Of a stretch of DNA of 64,000 nt, positions 15,001 to 30,000 are shown piece after piece. Numbering within the stretch: the first letter of the stretch is position 1; each line of letters starts with the position of its first letter. The stretch is from Candidatus Levyibacteriota bacterium (GTDB lineage Bacteria > Patescibacteriota > Microgenomatia > Levybacterales > UBA12049): contig JBPOIT010000009.1 of the NCBI GenBank assembly GCA_052034235.1, forward strand, positions 8,203 through 72,202. The letters are read 5' to 3'. The notes under the pieces are model-generated. The model saw only the letters and a list, made by a program, of their open reading frames with translations, had not been told where the DNA came from and made no database searches. The position numbers were made by a program, and so were the translations under genes.

Positions 15001-18000
15001 GATATGACTATGGCATTGAGTTTGAAGGTTCAAGTGCAAACAATAATGAACTCTTCCTTACAGCCGCAAATGCAACTGCAGACAGAACAATTACCCTGCC
15101 AGATCTTACCGGTACGGTTGCCCTGCTTGAAAATGCACAATCATTCACCGGTTTGAAATCATTCACCAATGCGTCAGGAATTATTGTCGGTGAAGATTTG
15201 GCAACCAACACCAAAGGTGTCATTACACTTATCGGCGAAGGTGCAAACAATTTCTCAACAACATTCCAGACAACAACACAATCACAAAACATCACCTATA
15301 CCCTCCCTGCTGATGATGGCGTTAATAACTATGTGCTTTCAACCGATGGCAGCGGTAATCTTTCATGGCAATCAGCATCAGGCGTTGGTGCAGGAACCAT
15401 AACCGCTGTTGGCAATGTCCTGACCGGAACATCATTCACCGGTAGTGATTCCAGTGTTCAAAAAGGTAACGAGTTATACTTCGAAGGATCAACCAGTACT
15501 GATGATGCATATGAAATTCTGCTAACGGCTGTTAATCCATCAGCCGACAGAATTTACACGATGCCAGATCTCGGCACCGACGGCACATTTGCCTTCCTCG
15601 AAGGAACACAAACATTCAGTGGTGCAAAGACCTTCAATGATCTCACCATTGCCGACACCAATGTCGTCCTTTCTGGTGGTGATTCAACCTTGGATATAAC
15701 AGGAGCCGCGACACGAACATTGAGTCTTCTTAATTCAACAGGCGGACAAGTTGCAAATCTTGATCTCACTGATGGTGGTCTCTTCACCGGCAGTACAAGC
15801 AGACTTACCAATGCAGGCGGACTTGAAAATATCACCGGCTATTCACAAACATCAGGTAACTTCCAGCAAACAGGTGCCGGCACATTCTCAACAGGTACAG
15901 GCAACGTTTCACTCAACGGCGACACATCAGTCACCAGTGATAATACCTTCACCGTTGGAACCGGCCTGACCTCACTCGGCGGACAATTGGGAGTATCAAG
16001 TTATGCAACCTTTAGTGCGACAGTTGATATCGCAGATGATACAACTATTGGCGGAACACTTGATGTTGCCGGTGCAACCACACTTAACTCAACACTCGAT
16101 GTCGATGGGACAGCAACCTTTAATGGAGATATCCTTCAAACCGGAAGTGGCGCATTGACAACCGGAACAGGAGCCGTGACACTTAACGGAGACACAACCC
16201 TTGTTTCAGGAAAGACACTCACAACAACCGGCAGTCTCGCTGCAAACGGTCAATCAACCTTTACACCAACCGGCACCAATGATGTTTCATTTGTCACGGA
16301 TACAGATTCATTCATCAATATCACCGGCCTGACAACTGCGACAGGAACAGCTGTTTGTATCGATGCAACCAACAATATCGTCAAATGTTCGGCTGCCTCC
16401 TCTACCCTGCAAGGTGCATACGTCGGCGGCAATACCATAACAACTAGTGATGCCAGAGATATTACCTTTACTCTTGCAAACACAGCAACAGATAGTAACT
16501 TCACCGTTACCACTGCTGCTGGTGGAGCTGGTTATAGCTACTTTGGTTTGGCAGACGGCACCAACACTGCACCTCCAGCACAACTCGTCCTTGTTGAGAA
16601 TTTGGATACTGATGAAGCTTTGCCAGCAGGTATTAAGATTCAATCAGCATCAGGCGGCATCACCAATGGTCTTGATGTCTCAGATGCTCAAATCGTTAAT
16701 GCAATCGCACTTGGAGAAAATAACATAACCGGTACCTACTTCTCAGTTGATGGCGGAACAGGCAATGTCACAGCTGCTGGATCAGCAAGTATTGGCGGCG
16801 GTTACGGATCAACTGGCGTCACCATCAGTAGTGCTGGAAACATTCAGGCAAACGGCACACTTACCATAGACGGCACATCAACACTGACCGGAGATGTGAC
16901 TGCGAGTGGTGACCTCGCTGTGAACGGTGGAGACATCACAACATCATCAGGCACAGCAGCAATCTTTAATACCGGTGCAACATCACTCAGTATCGGCGGA
17001 GCTGCCACTACCCTTTCACTCGGTGCAGGAACTGGCACAACAACAGTGAATAATGCACTCACTGCAACTGGTTTGATCACAGCTAATGCAGGAGCAACCA
17101 TTCCAACCGGCCAATCCCTTACCGCAAATGGTGCATCAACGTTCTCACCTAACTTAACCAACGATGTCACCATTAACACCGATACTGATTCATTCTTAAC
17201 CATCACCGGGCTGACAACTCCTGGCCTTGCTGGTAACGCACTTTGTGTCGATGCAACCAACAATGTCACCAAATGTGCAGCTTCAACCTTTACCCTGCAA
17301 GGTGCATATGACGGCGGCAACAGCTTGACTACAACTGATGCTCGAAACATCAGCTTCACGCTTGCTGATACCTCAACTGACAGTAACTTTGCTATCACAA
17401 CCGCTGACGGTTCAACCGGTTACACCTCCTTCACCAGAGCAAATGGCGCTGGTACGGCAGATCCTGCCCAGCTGATCTTGGTTGATAATCTCGACACCGA
17501 CAGAAGTATCACAGCTGGTATTAAGATTCAATCAGCTGCCGGAACCATCACCAATGGCATTGACCTTTCAGATATTGAAATCGTGAACGCATTGTCTCTC
17601 GGTGCAAATGACATCATTGCAAGTAACTTTACCCTTAATGGCAACAACGGAGATATCACAACTGCTGGAGATATCGCAGTCAACGGCGGCACAATCACAA
17701 CAACACAAGCAACAGCTGAGATCTTTAACACCAATGCAACTAACCTTTCTATCGGCGGAGCTGCCACTACCCTTTCACTTGGCGCTGCAACCGGAACCGC
17801 AACAATCAACAATGCAACTGTTAACTTTGCAAATGCGACATCCTTTACGGCAGCGGGTGCAGCAGCAACCTTTGATTCAGTCGCAGTCGGCGGGGGTTAT
17901 GGTTCAACCGGCGCAACCATTTCAAATACTGGCAATATCTCAGCAAATGGCGTACTCATTGTTGACGGAACATCAACACTCACCGGTGATGTCACTACTG

Positions 18001-21000
18001 CAGGAGATATCGCAGTGAACGGCGGAGACATTACAACATCAGCTGGAACTGCTGCTCTCTTTAATACTGGAGCCTCAACAGTTAATATTGGCGGCGACGC
18101 AACAACAGTCAGCATCGGCGATGCAACCGGAACAACAACCGTGAATAATGCACTCACTGCAACTGGTTTGATTACAGCTAACGCAGGTGCAACAGTTGCA
18201 ACTGGTCAAACATTTACAGCAAATGGACAATCAACCTTTACACCAAACTTAACCAATGACATAAGTATCACAACCGATACTGATTCATTCCTGAACGTTG
18301 CCGGTTTGACAACTGCGACAGGAAATGCTCTTTGTATCGATGCAACAGACAACATCGTTAAATGTTCAGCTGCTTCTATCACATTGCAGTCTGCTTACAC
18401 TGGCGGCAACACCATCACCACAACAGATGCAAGGGGTATCGACTTTACGCTTGCAAATACTGCAACTGACAGTAACTTCTCTATTACCACTGCCGATGAT
18501 TCAACCGGTTTCTCAGCATTTACCAGAGTAAACGGCACCGGCACCAACAACCCAGCACAGTTGATCTTGGTTGATAATCTCGACACAGATCAAGCAATTG
18601 CAGCTGGTATCAAGATTCAATCAGCAGCTGGCGGCATCACCAACGGCATTGACCTTTCAGATATCGACATCGTGAACGCATTGTCACTCGGTGCAAATGA
18701 TGTGATAGCATCCAACTTCTCTATCACCGGATCAAATGGCAATATCGGAACTGGCGGCACAATTACTGCCACTGGTGATATCAATGCAAATTCCGGAACG
18801 CTTGCAACAACCCAAACAACTGCAAATCTGTTCAACGCTACCGCAACCACGCTTAACATTGGCGGCGCGGCAACGACTTTGACACTTGGCGCGGCAACTG
18901 GAACAGCAACCATCAACAATGCGACCATCAACTTCCCGAATGCAACATCCTTCACTGCTCCAAATGCAGCTGCAACCTTTGATTCAGTTGCTATCGGTGG
19001 CGGTTATGGTACAGCTGGCGCAACCATTTCAAATGCCGGTACGATTCAGGCAAACGGCAATTTAACTATCGACGGCACATCAACACTCACTGGTGACGTG
19101 ACAACTGGCGGAACGATCAATGCAAATGGCGGTACAATTGCTACCACCCAAACAACAGCTAACTTGCTTAACGCAACTGCTACAACTGTCAACTTTGCAG
19201 GAGCTGCTACTACCCTTTCAATCGGCGCAGCAACAGGTACCTCAAACATCAATAACAACTTGCTTGTTGACGGCACAACGACATCAACTGGACTGGCGAC
19301 CTTTAACGGCGGTGCAACTGTTGCAACTGGTCAAACCTTTAGTGCCGGCGGTCAATCAACCTTCACACCAGACAGTACCAATGACATCAATATCACAACC
19401 GATGCAGATTCCTTCCTGAACATTGCAGGACTGACAACTGCAACCGGCAATACCGTTTGTATCGATGCCACAAACAACATTGTTAAATGTTCAGCTGCTT
19501 CTATCACCTTGCAGTCAGCTTATAACGGCGGCAATACCATCACCACAACCGATAACAAGAGTATTTCATTCACGCTTGCTAACACTGCAACTGACAGTAA
19601 CTTCAGTGTCCAAACTGCTGCCGGCGGAGCTGGTTACAGTTACTTCGGTTTGGTTGACGGCACTAATACCGCTCCTCCAGCACAGCTCGTCCTGATTGAA
19701 AATCTTGATACTGATGAAGCGTTGGATACTGGCCTTCGAATCCAAGCTGCAGCAGGCGGTATTAACACAGCAATTGATCTGTCTGATGCTGATATTGATA
19801 CGGCACTTTTGCTCGGTGCCAATGATGTTACCGGCTCTAACTTCTCTATCACAGGATCAAACGGTAATATCGGTACTGGCGGCACAATTACTGCAACTGG
19901 CGACATCACCAGCGGTGGAAACCTCGCAGCGAACACTGGTTCACTCACCACAACTGCGACATCTGCAAATCTGTTTAATACCAACGCAACAACACTTGCA
20001 ATCGGCGGCGCGGCAACAACACTCACACTCGGAGCAACAACCGGTACTGCAACCATCAGTAACGCAACCATCAACTTCCCGAATGCAACATCATTTACGG
20101 CTCCTAATGCAGCTGCAACCTTTGATTCAGTTGCTATCGGCGGCGGTTATGGTGCAGCTGGTGCAACCATTTCAAATAGTGGTACTATCCAGGCAAACGG
20201 TAACTTAACCATCGACGGAACGTCAACACTCACTGGTAATGTCACAACTGCCGGCGATGTTGCAGTTAACGGCGGCGATGTCACAACAACCCAAACAATA
20301 GCAGCACTCTTTAACACCAACGCAACAACACTTAATATCGGCGGAGTTGCAACAACAATCTCAATCGGTGCAGGTTCAGGAACAACAACGGTGAATAATG
20401 CACTAACTGCAACAGGTCTGATCACAGCAAACGCCGGCGCAACGGTTGCTAACGGCCAGACATTCACAGCTGGTGGTCAATCAACATTTACACCAACCGG
20501 CACTAACGATGTCAGTATCACAACCGATGCAGACTCATTCTTAAACGTTGCTGGTTTGACAACAGCTGCCGGTGATAACATTTGTATCGATGCCACAAAC
20601 AACATCGTTAAATGTGCAACAGCTTCAGTCACCTTGCAAGAAGCATATGATGGCGGCAATACTATCACCACAACTGATGCACGAAGTATCGACTTTACCC
20701 TTGCCAACACAGCGACAGACAGTAACTTCAGTGTCCAAACCGCTGCTGGTTCAACAGGTTATAACTACTTCAGTTTGGCAAACGGTACCAACACTACCTC
20801 CCCTGCACAGCTCGTGTTGATTGAAAATCTTGATACTGATGAAGCGTTGGATACCGGCATCAGAATCCAAGCAGCTGCCGGTGGTATTAACACTGCTATT
20901 GATTTGTCTGATGCTGATATTGATACAGCATTGTTACTCGGTGCCAATGATGTTACCGGAGCTAGCTTCTCTATCACCGGGGCAAACGGCAACATCGGAA

Positions 21001-24000
21001 CCGGCGGTACCATAACAGCTGCTGGAGACATCAATGCAAACTCAGGAACACTTGCAACCACGCAAACAACTGCAAATCTGTTCAACACCAATGCAACAAC
21101 ACTTAACGTTGGCGGTGCTGCGACATCAGTTGTTCTTGGCGCAACAACCGGTACAGCAACAATCAATAACGCAACAGTGAATTTTGCAAATGCGACATCC
21201 TTCACTGCTCCAACTGCTGCTGCAACTTTGGATTCACTTCAAATTGGCGGCGGTTACGGAAGTAGCGGTACAACACTGACAAATACTGGCAACATCTCTG
21301 CAAATGGCGCACTTGTTATTGACGGCACCTCAACTCTGACCGGGAATGTCACAACTGCTGGTGATGTTGCAGTTAACGGCGGAGATGTGACCACAACATT
21401 TGCAACCGGCAATCTCTTTAATACCAATGCAACAACAGTTAATGTCGGAGGAGCTGCGACTGCCTACACCATCGGTGCACCAACAGCAACAGGAAATATC
21501 CGAGGCACAACCATTAACTTCACGAATGCAACAACCATTGATGCAAACCTCGCAGCAGCATCCATTGATTCAGCAACAATCGGTGGAGGTTATGGCACAT
21601 CCGGTGTAAGTATCAGCAATGCAGGAACTATCCAAGCAAACGGTAACTTAACTGTTGATGGCACATCAACACTGACCGGCGATGTCACAACAGCTGGCGA
21701 TGTTGCTGTAAACGGCGGAGATCTGACAAGTTCAGCTGGAACATTCAATCTGGTCAATACCGGCACCACCACCCTTAACATCGGTGGAGATGCAACAACG
21801 GTCAGTATCGGTGATGCAACTGGAACAACAACAGTCAATAATGCACTCACCGCAACAGGTCTGATCACAGCAAATGCAGGCGCAACGGTTGCAACAGGTC
21901 AAACATTTACAGCAAACGGTGCATCTACATTCTCACCTAACTTAACAAATGATGTCACCATCAACACTGATGCTGATTCATTCCTCGTTCTCACCGGTTT
22001 GCAAACAGCTGCTGGCGACACCGTTTGTATCGATGCCACAAACAACATCGTCAAATGTGCAACTGCTGCCGGCACATTGCAGTCTGCATATAACAGCGGC
22101 AACACCATCACAACAACTGATGCACGTGATCTTACATTCTCACTTGCTAATACATCAACTGACAGTAACTTCACCATCACTACAGCAGCTGGATCAACCG
22201 GTTACACATACTTCGGTTTGGCAGACGGCACCAACACCACTCCTCCAGCACAACTCGTGTTGGTTGAAAATCTTGATACTGATGAAGCGTTGCCAGCTGG
22301 TATTAAAGTCAGATCAGCATCTGGCACCATCACCAACGGCATTGATCTTTCAGATGATGAAATCGTTAATGCTTTAACACTCGGTGCCAATGATGTTACA
22401 GCAACCAACTTCTCTATCACCGGTACAAACGGCAATATCGGAACCGGCGGAACAATAACAGCTGCTGGCAACATCAATGCTAATTCCGGAACACTGGCAA
22501 CAACACAAACAACCGGTAATCTCTTCAATGCAACAGTGACAACACTTAACATTGGCGGCGCTGCAACGACATATACACTCGGAGCAACCAATGCCACAGG
22601 CAATATCCGTGGCACAACAATCAACTTCCCGAATGCGACTGCTATCAATGGCACCAGTGCAACTGCTAACTTTGATACCATCACTTCCGGACAGGGTTAT
22701 GGCACTGCTGGTGTCACCCTTTCAAATGCTGGTGATATCTCTGCTAATGGTGCACTTATCATTGATGGCACCTCAACACTCACCGGCAATGTCACTGCTG
22801 CAACTGACGTTGCTATCAACGGCGGAGATCTGACAACCAGTTCCACAACCTTTAACTTGCTTAACGCTACGGCAACAACCATTAACTTCGGCAGTGCAGC
22901 AACGGCACTTTCAATTGGAGCTGGAACTGGCACAACCAACATCAACAACAACCTGCTTGTTGATGGCACCACCACGTCAACCGGTCTCGCAACATTTAAT
23001 GGCGGCGCAACAGTTGCAACCGGTCAAACATTTACAGCAAATGGTCAATCAACCTTTACACCGAACTTAACCAATGACATCAATATCACAACCGATGCTG
23101 ATTCATTCCTGAATGTTGCTGGTTTGACAACAGCTGCCGGCGATAACATTTGTATCGATGCCACAAACAACATCGTCATCTGTGCAACCGCAGCAGTTAC
23201 CTTGCAGGGAGCATATGACGGCGGCAACACCATCAGTACAACTGATGCACGTAATATCTCCTTCACCCTTGAAGACACTGCAACTGACAGTAACTTCAGT
23301 GTTCAAACTGCAGCAGGTGGAGCTGGTTACAGTTACTTCGGATTGGCTGATGGTACAAACACTACCCCACCTGCACAACTCGTGCTTGTTGAAAATCTTG
23401 ACACCAATGAAGCAGTTCCAGCTGGTATTAAGATTCAATCAGCAGCCGGTGGTATCACCACAGCACTTGATGTTTCAGATGCTGAAATCGGTACTGCCCT
23501 TCTCTTTGGAGAAAATAACATAACCGGTACCTACTTCTCAGTAACCGGATCAAATGGCAATGTCGGAACAGCTGGTACCATAACTGCTGCTGGTAACATC
23601 AATGCTAATTCCGGTACACTCGCAACAACGCAGACAACTGCAAATCTGTTCAACGCTACCGCAACAACACTTAATATCGGCGGCGCTGCTACAACACTTA
23701 ACTTGGGTGCAAATAGTGGTACAGCAACCATCAACAATGCAACGATTAACTTCCCAACTGCGACATCATTCACTGCACCAAATGCTGCTGCAACCTTTGA
23801 TTCAGTTGCAATCGGCGGCGGTTATGGTTCAACTGGAGTTACGATCAGTACCGCTGGAAACATCCAAGCAAACGGTACCTTAACTGTTGACGGCGTTTCA
23901 ACACTTACCGGCAATGTGACAGCATCTGCTGATCTCGCTGTTAACGGCGGCGATCTGACATCAAGTCAAACAACATTCAATCTGCTCAACAGCGGCGTCA

Positions 24001-27000
24001 CAACACTTAACATTGGAAATGATGCAACAACGGTAAGTATCGGTGAAACAACTGGTACAACAACAGTGAATAATGATTTGGCAGTTACCGGAGCTGGAAC
24101 CTTCACGGGAACACTCACAGCAAATGGTGATTTTGCAGCCAACAGTGCATCCGCCTTCACACCATCAGGAACCAATGATGTCACGATCACCAGTGATGCA
24201 GATTCATTCCTCGTGTTGCCAGGCCTCACTACTCCAGGAACAGCCGGCTCAACACTTTGTGTCGATGCAACCAATAACGTTACCAAATGTTCAGCCAACA
24301 CAATCACCTTGCAGTCTGCATACACAGGCGGTAACACGATCACCACAACCAATAACAGAGATATCTCATTCACACTTGCCAATACTGCAACAGACAGTAA
24401 CTTTGCTGTCACAACTGCTGATGATTCAACCGGTTACGCAGCATTCACCAGAGTGAACGGCACCGGCACAAACAACCCAGCACAGTTGATCCTTGTTGAT
24501 AATCTCGATACAGACCAAGCAATCGCAGCCGGTATCAAAATCCAATCAGCTGCTGGTACCATCACCAACGGCATTGATCTTTCAGATATAGATATTGTTA
24601 ATGCCCTTTCGCTTGGTGCAAACGACATCATCGCTACCAACTTCACACTCGATGGCACAACCGGCACAATCACAACCGCTGGAGATTTGGCTCTTAACGG
24701 CAGTGATATTACAACAACATCAACGGGTATTGCATCAGTCTTTAATACCAATGCAACAACACTTAACGTCGGCGGCGCGGCAACTGCTCTTAATCTCGGC
24801 GCGGCAACTGGAACAGCAACGATAAACAATGCAACCATTAACTTCCCAACTGCGACATCTTTCACTGCGCCAAATGCAGCTGCAACATTTAGTTCAGTAG
24901 CAATCGGCGGCGGATACGGTTCAACCGGCGTCACTATCAGTACCGCTGGCAACATCCAGGCAAACGGCACCTTAACAGTTGATGGCGTCTCAACACTCAC
25001 CGGCAATGTGACAGCAGCTGCTGATCTCGCTGTTAACGGCGGTGACCTGACAACAAATCAAACAACATTTAACCTGATCGACGCTGGTGCAACCACCGTT
25101 AACTTTGCTGGTGCTGCAACAACACTTGCAATCGGTGCAGGTACCGGAACAACAACACTTGATAACAACCTGACTGCAAATCTCGTTGACAACAATGCAG
25201 ATGCACTTGATATCCAGGAGAACGGCTACAATTACATTAACATCAACACAACAGACGGCTCTGAAGAAGTTGCATTTGGCAATGGCACAACCAACCCAAT
25301 CTACTCATTCTTAGGAAATGGTGCGACATCATTTGCAGGAAACGTTGCAGTCAACGGCGGCACACTCTCAACATCACAATCATCAGCCAACTTGTTCAAC
25401 ACCAATGCAACAACGCTTAGCGTCGGCGGCGCTGCAACAACACTTAACTTGGGTGCAACAACAGGAACTGCAAACATCAGAAACGTAACGATTAACTTTG
25501 CCAATGCAACATCCTTCACTGCACCAAATGCAGCTGCAACCTTTGATTCAGTCGCAATCGGCGGCGGTTATGGTTCAACAGGTGTCACCATCAGTAACGC
25601 TGGAAATATCCAGGCAAACGGAACCTTAACAGTTGACGGTGTTTCAACTCTTACCGGCAATGTCACAGCAGCTGCTGATGTTGCAATCAACGGCGGCGAT
25701 TTGACATCAAGTCAAACGACATTTAACCTCCTCAACAGCGGTGTGACAACACTCAATATCGGAAGTGATGCAACTGTTCTTTCACTTGGAGACGCAACTG
25801 GAACAACAACAGTGAATAACGCACTGACAGTAACAGGTGCTGCAACATTTAATGGCGGTGCAACTGTCCCAGCAAGTCAAACATTCTCAGCAAATGGTGT
25901 TTCAACATTTGCACCAAACTTAACCAATGATGTCACCTTCACCACTGATTCGGATTCAACAATTATCCTTAACGGTTTGGGAACAACAACCGGTACCCCA
26001 CTCTGTCTTGACGCCACCAACAATGTCGTCCAATGTGCAAACGCATCACTCAGTCTGCAAAACGCATATGTTGGCGGCAACACCATAACGACAACTGATG
26101 CACGAAATATTTCATTCACTCTTGCTGATACCGCAACTGACAGCAACTTCAGTGTTCAAACTGCAGCCGGCGGCGCTGGTTACAGCTACTTCGGTTTGGT
26201 TGACGGCACTAACACCGCTCCTCCAGCACAGCTTGTTTTGATTGAAAATCTGGATACTGATGAAGCTTTGGATACAGGCCTCAGGATCCAAGCAGACGCA
26301 GGCGGCATAAATACAGCTATCGATTTGTCTGATACAGACATTGATACTGCACTTTTACTCGGTGCAAATGATGTCACCGGCTCTAACTTCTCTATCACCG
26401 GCACCAACGGCAATATTGGAACCGGCGGTACCATCACAGCAACCGGCAATATCAATGCAAATTCAGGAACGATTGCAACGAGTCAATCAACCGGAAATCT
26501 GTTTAATACAACAGCAACAACCCTTAACATCGGCGGTGCTGCTACTACGTACACACTCGGTGCAACCAATGCAACAGGAAACATCCGCGGAACAACGATC
26601 AACTTCCCGAATGCGACAACCATCAATGGAACCCTGGCAACAGCTAACTTTGACATCATCACATCAGGTCAAGGTTTTGGAAATTCAGGTGTCACCCTTG
26701 CAAGTAACGGCAACATTTCAGGTGATGGAGACTTAACAATCGGCGGTGCTGCTGCAATTACTGGTACAGCAACAGTTACTGGTGATGTCGCAGTCAACGG
26801 CGGCGATCTGACAACCACTGCAACCACCTTTAACTTACTTAACAGTACAGCAACAACTGTTAACTTCGCCGGTGCAGCAACAACACTGGCAATCGGTGCA
26901 GGAACTGGCACAACAAACATCAACAATGACTTGCTCATTGACGGCACAACCACGTCAACCGGACTTGCAACCTTTAATGGCGGTGCAACAGTTTCAAATG

Positions 27001-30000
27001 GACAAACATTTAATGCAAATGGCGCATCAAACTTTGCACCAACATTAACAAATGACATCACCTTTACAACCGATACTGATTCAACTGTTATCCTTAACGG
27101 TTTGGGAACAACAACCGGTACCCCACTCTGTCTTGATGCCACAAACAATGTTGTTCAATGTGCAAATGCAACACTCAGTCTGCAAAATGCCTATGCAGGT
27201 GGTAACACGATCACCACAACTGATGCACGAAATATCGGCTTCACACTTGCTAACACAACAACTGACAGTAACTTTACCGTTACCACAGCTGCAGGCAGTG
27301 AAGGTTACAGCTACTTCGGACTTGCTGATGGCACAAACACCGCTCCTCCAGCACAACTCGTTCTGGTTGAGAATCTTGACACCGATGAAGCATTGCCAGC
27401 TGGTATTAAGATTCAATCAGCAGCCGGCGGCATCACCAATGGTATTGATCTTTCAGATCCTGAAATCCTTAATGCATTGTCACTTGGTCTTAATGATGTC
27501 ACTGCAAATAACTTCTCTATCACCGGATCAAACGGCAATATTGGCACTGGCGGCACCATCACCGCAACCGGCAACATCACAACAGCTGGTGATGTTGCAG
27601 CCAACGGCGGCGATGTGACAACCACTACGTCAACAGGAAATCTGTTCAATACCAACGCAACAACGGTTAACATTGGTGGTGTTGCAACAGCACTGACACT
27701 CGGTGCAAATACAGGAAGTGCAACAATCAGAAATGAGACAGTCACCTTCTCCAATGCAACAACCTTTGATGCAACAAGTGCAACTGCCAACTTCAACATT
27801 GTTACTGCAGGACAAGGGTATGGTAATACCGGAGTCACACTTGGTAACACTGGTAATATCCAGGCAAACGGCACCTTAACAATTGACAGCACGTCAACAC
27901 TTACCGGTAATGTCACCGCTGCAGCTGATGTTGCAATCAACGGCGGAGATTTGACATCAAGTCAAACAACATTTAACTTACTTAACAGCGGTGTCACCAC
28001 ACTTAATGTTGGCGGCGTTGCAACTGCACTTAATTTCGGTGCAGCAACAGGAACAACAACCATCAACAACCTGACACTCGCCCTGCCAAACGCAACTGCA
28101 ATCAATGCAACAGCTGCAACAGCAAATCTTGATATTGTAAATGTTGGCGGCGGTTACGGTTCAGCTGGTGTCACACTTGGCAACACCGGAAACATTCAGG
28201 CAAACGGCAACTTAACAATCGACGGCACATCAACACTGACCGGTGATGTTACCGCTGCAGCTGATGTTGCAATCAACGGCGGAGACCTGACATCAAGTCA
28301 AACAACCTTCAATCTGCTCAATAGCGGTGTCACAACACTTAATGTTGGCGGCGCTGCAACAACACTTTCACTCGGTGCTGGAACAGGAACAACAACACTT
28401 AACAACAACCTGACAGCAAACTTGATGGATGACAGTGCTGATGCACTTGATATTCAGGAAGCATCACACAATTACATCAACGTGAATACAACGAACAATT
28501 TTGAAGAAATTCAATTTGGCAATACTGTCACGAACCCAATCTATTCATTCCTCGGTAGTGGCGCTTCCACATTCTCAGGAAATATCAATGCCAATTCCGG
28601 AACAATCGCCACCAACCAAACAATAGCAAATCTGTTTAATACAACAGCAACAACACTCAGTATTGGCGGCGCAGCAACCAACTTAACAATGGGTGCAAAC
28701 AACTCAGGAACAACAACAATCAGAAACTCAACACTTGCTCTGCCAAATGCTCGTGTCGGTATCGGTACATCAACTCCTATCTCAATGCTACATGTCACTC
28801 GCCCACTTTCACTCGGTGCGATTGGTAAAGCAACAGCAATCTTTGATCAATATGAGAGTCAGGATATTCTTACTGCATCAGCAGCAGGAACAACCCGCTT
28901 CACTGTTTCAAATGCAGGAAACATCACCAACAGCGGAACAATCACAGCAGGTGGAGATATCACAACAACCGGCGATGTCGCAGTTAACGGCGGTGACCTG
29001 ACAACAACAGCTGGCACTGCTGCTCTCTTCAATACGGGTGCAACAACAGTTAATATCGGCGGCGCTGCAACAACAGTTAATATCGGAAATGCTGCAGGAA
29101 CAACATTTGTTAATGGCGGACTCACAGTTGCCAACGGTGAAACATTTACTGCCGGCGGTCAATCAACCTTCACACCAACCGGTACCAACGGTGTGACCAT
29201 TACAACAGATGCAGATTCATTCCTGACAGTTAACGGCCTGGCATCTGCAACCGGAACAGCAGTGTGTATCGATGCCACAAACCACATTATTACCTGTGAT
29301 GATGCTTCCCAAAGTCTGCAATCTGCATATGACAATGGCAACAGTATCACAACAACTAATAACCGTGATATCGACTTCACTCTTGCAAACACTGGAACTG
29401 ATTCTCTCTTCAGTGTCTCAACCGCTGATGATTCAACCGGTTATTCAGTGTTCTCAAGAACAAACGGTGCAGGAACAAATGACCCAACGCAGCTCGTGCT
29501 TATTGATAACGAAGATGCAGATCGCGCATTGCCAGTTGGTTTGAAGATTTCTTCAACCGGCGGCGGCGGTATTACAACTGGTATTGATTTGTCAGATGCA
29601 ACTATTGATGATGCAATCATTCTTGGTGCAAATGACGTCGTCGGCTCAAGCTTTACTATTGATGGTTCAAACGGCAACATTACAACAACTGGAGTCATTG
29701 CAGCAAATGGCGGTTCAATTACCACCAACCAAACAACAGCAAATGTGTTTAATACAAACGCAACATCACTCTCTATCGGCGGTGCTGCAACAACACTTAA
29801 TCTCGGTGCAACAACAGGAACGGCAGCCATCAGAAATGCGACAATTTCATTCCCGAACGCAACAACAGTTAGTGCAGCAAACGCAACCGGCAACTTCAGT
29901 GCACTCACAACCGGCGGCGGTTATGCATCAACTGGTACAACCATTTCAAGTACTGGTGATATCCAAACCAAAGGCGCGTTAACTGTTGATGGTATTTCAA

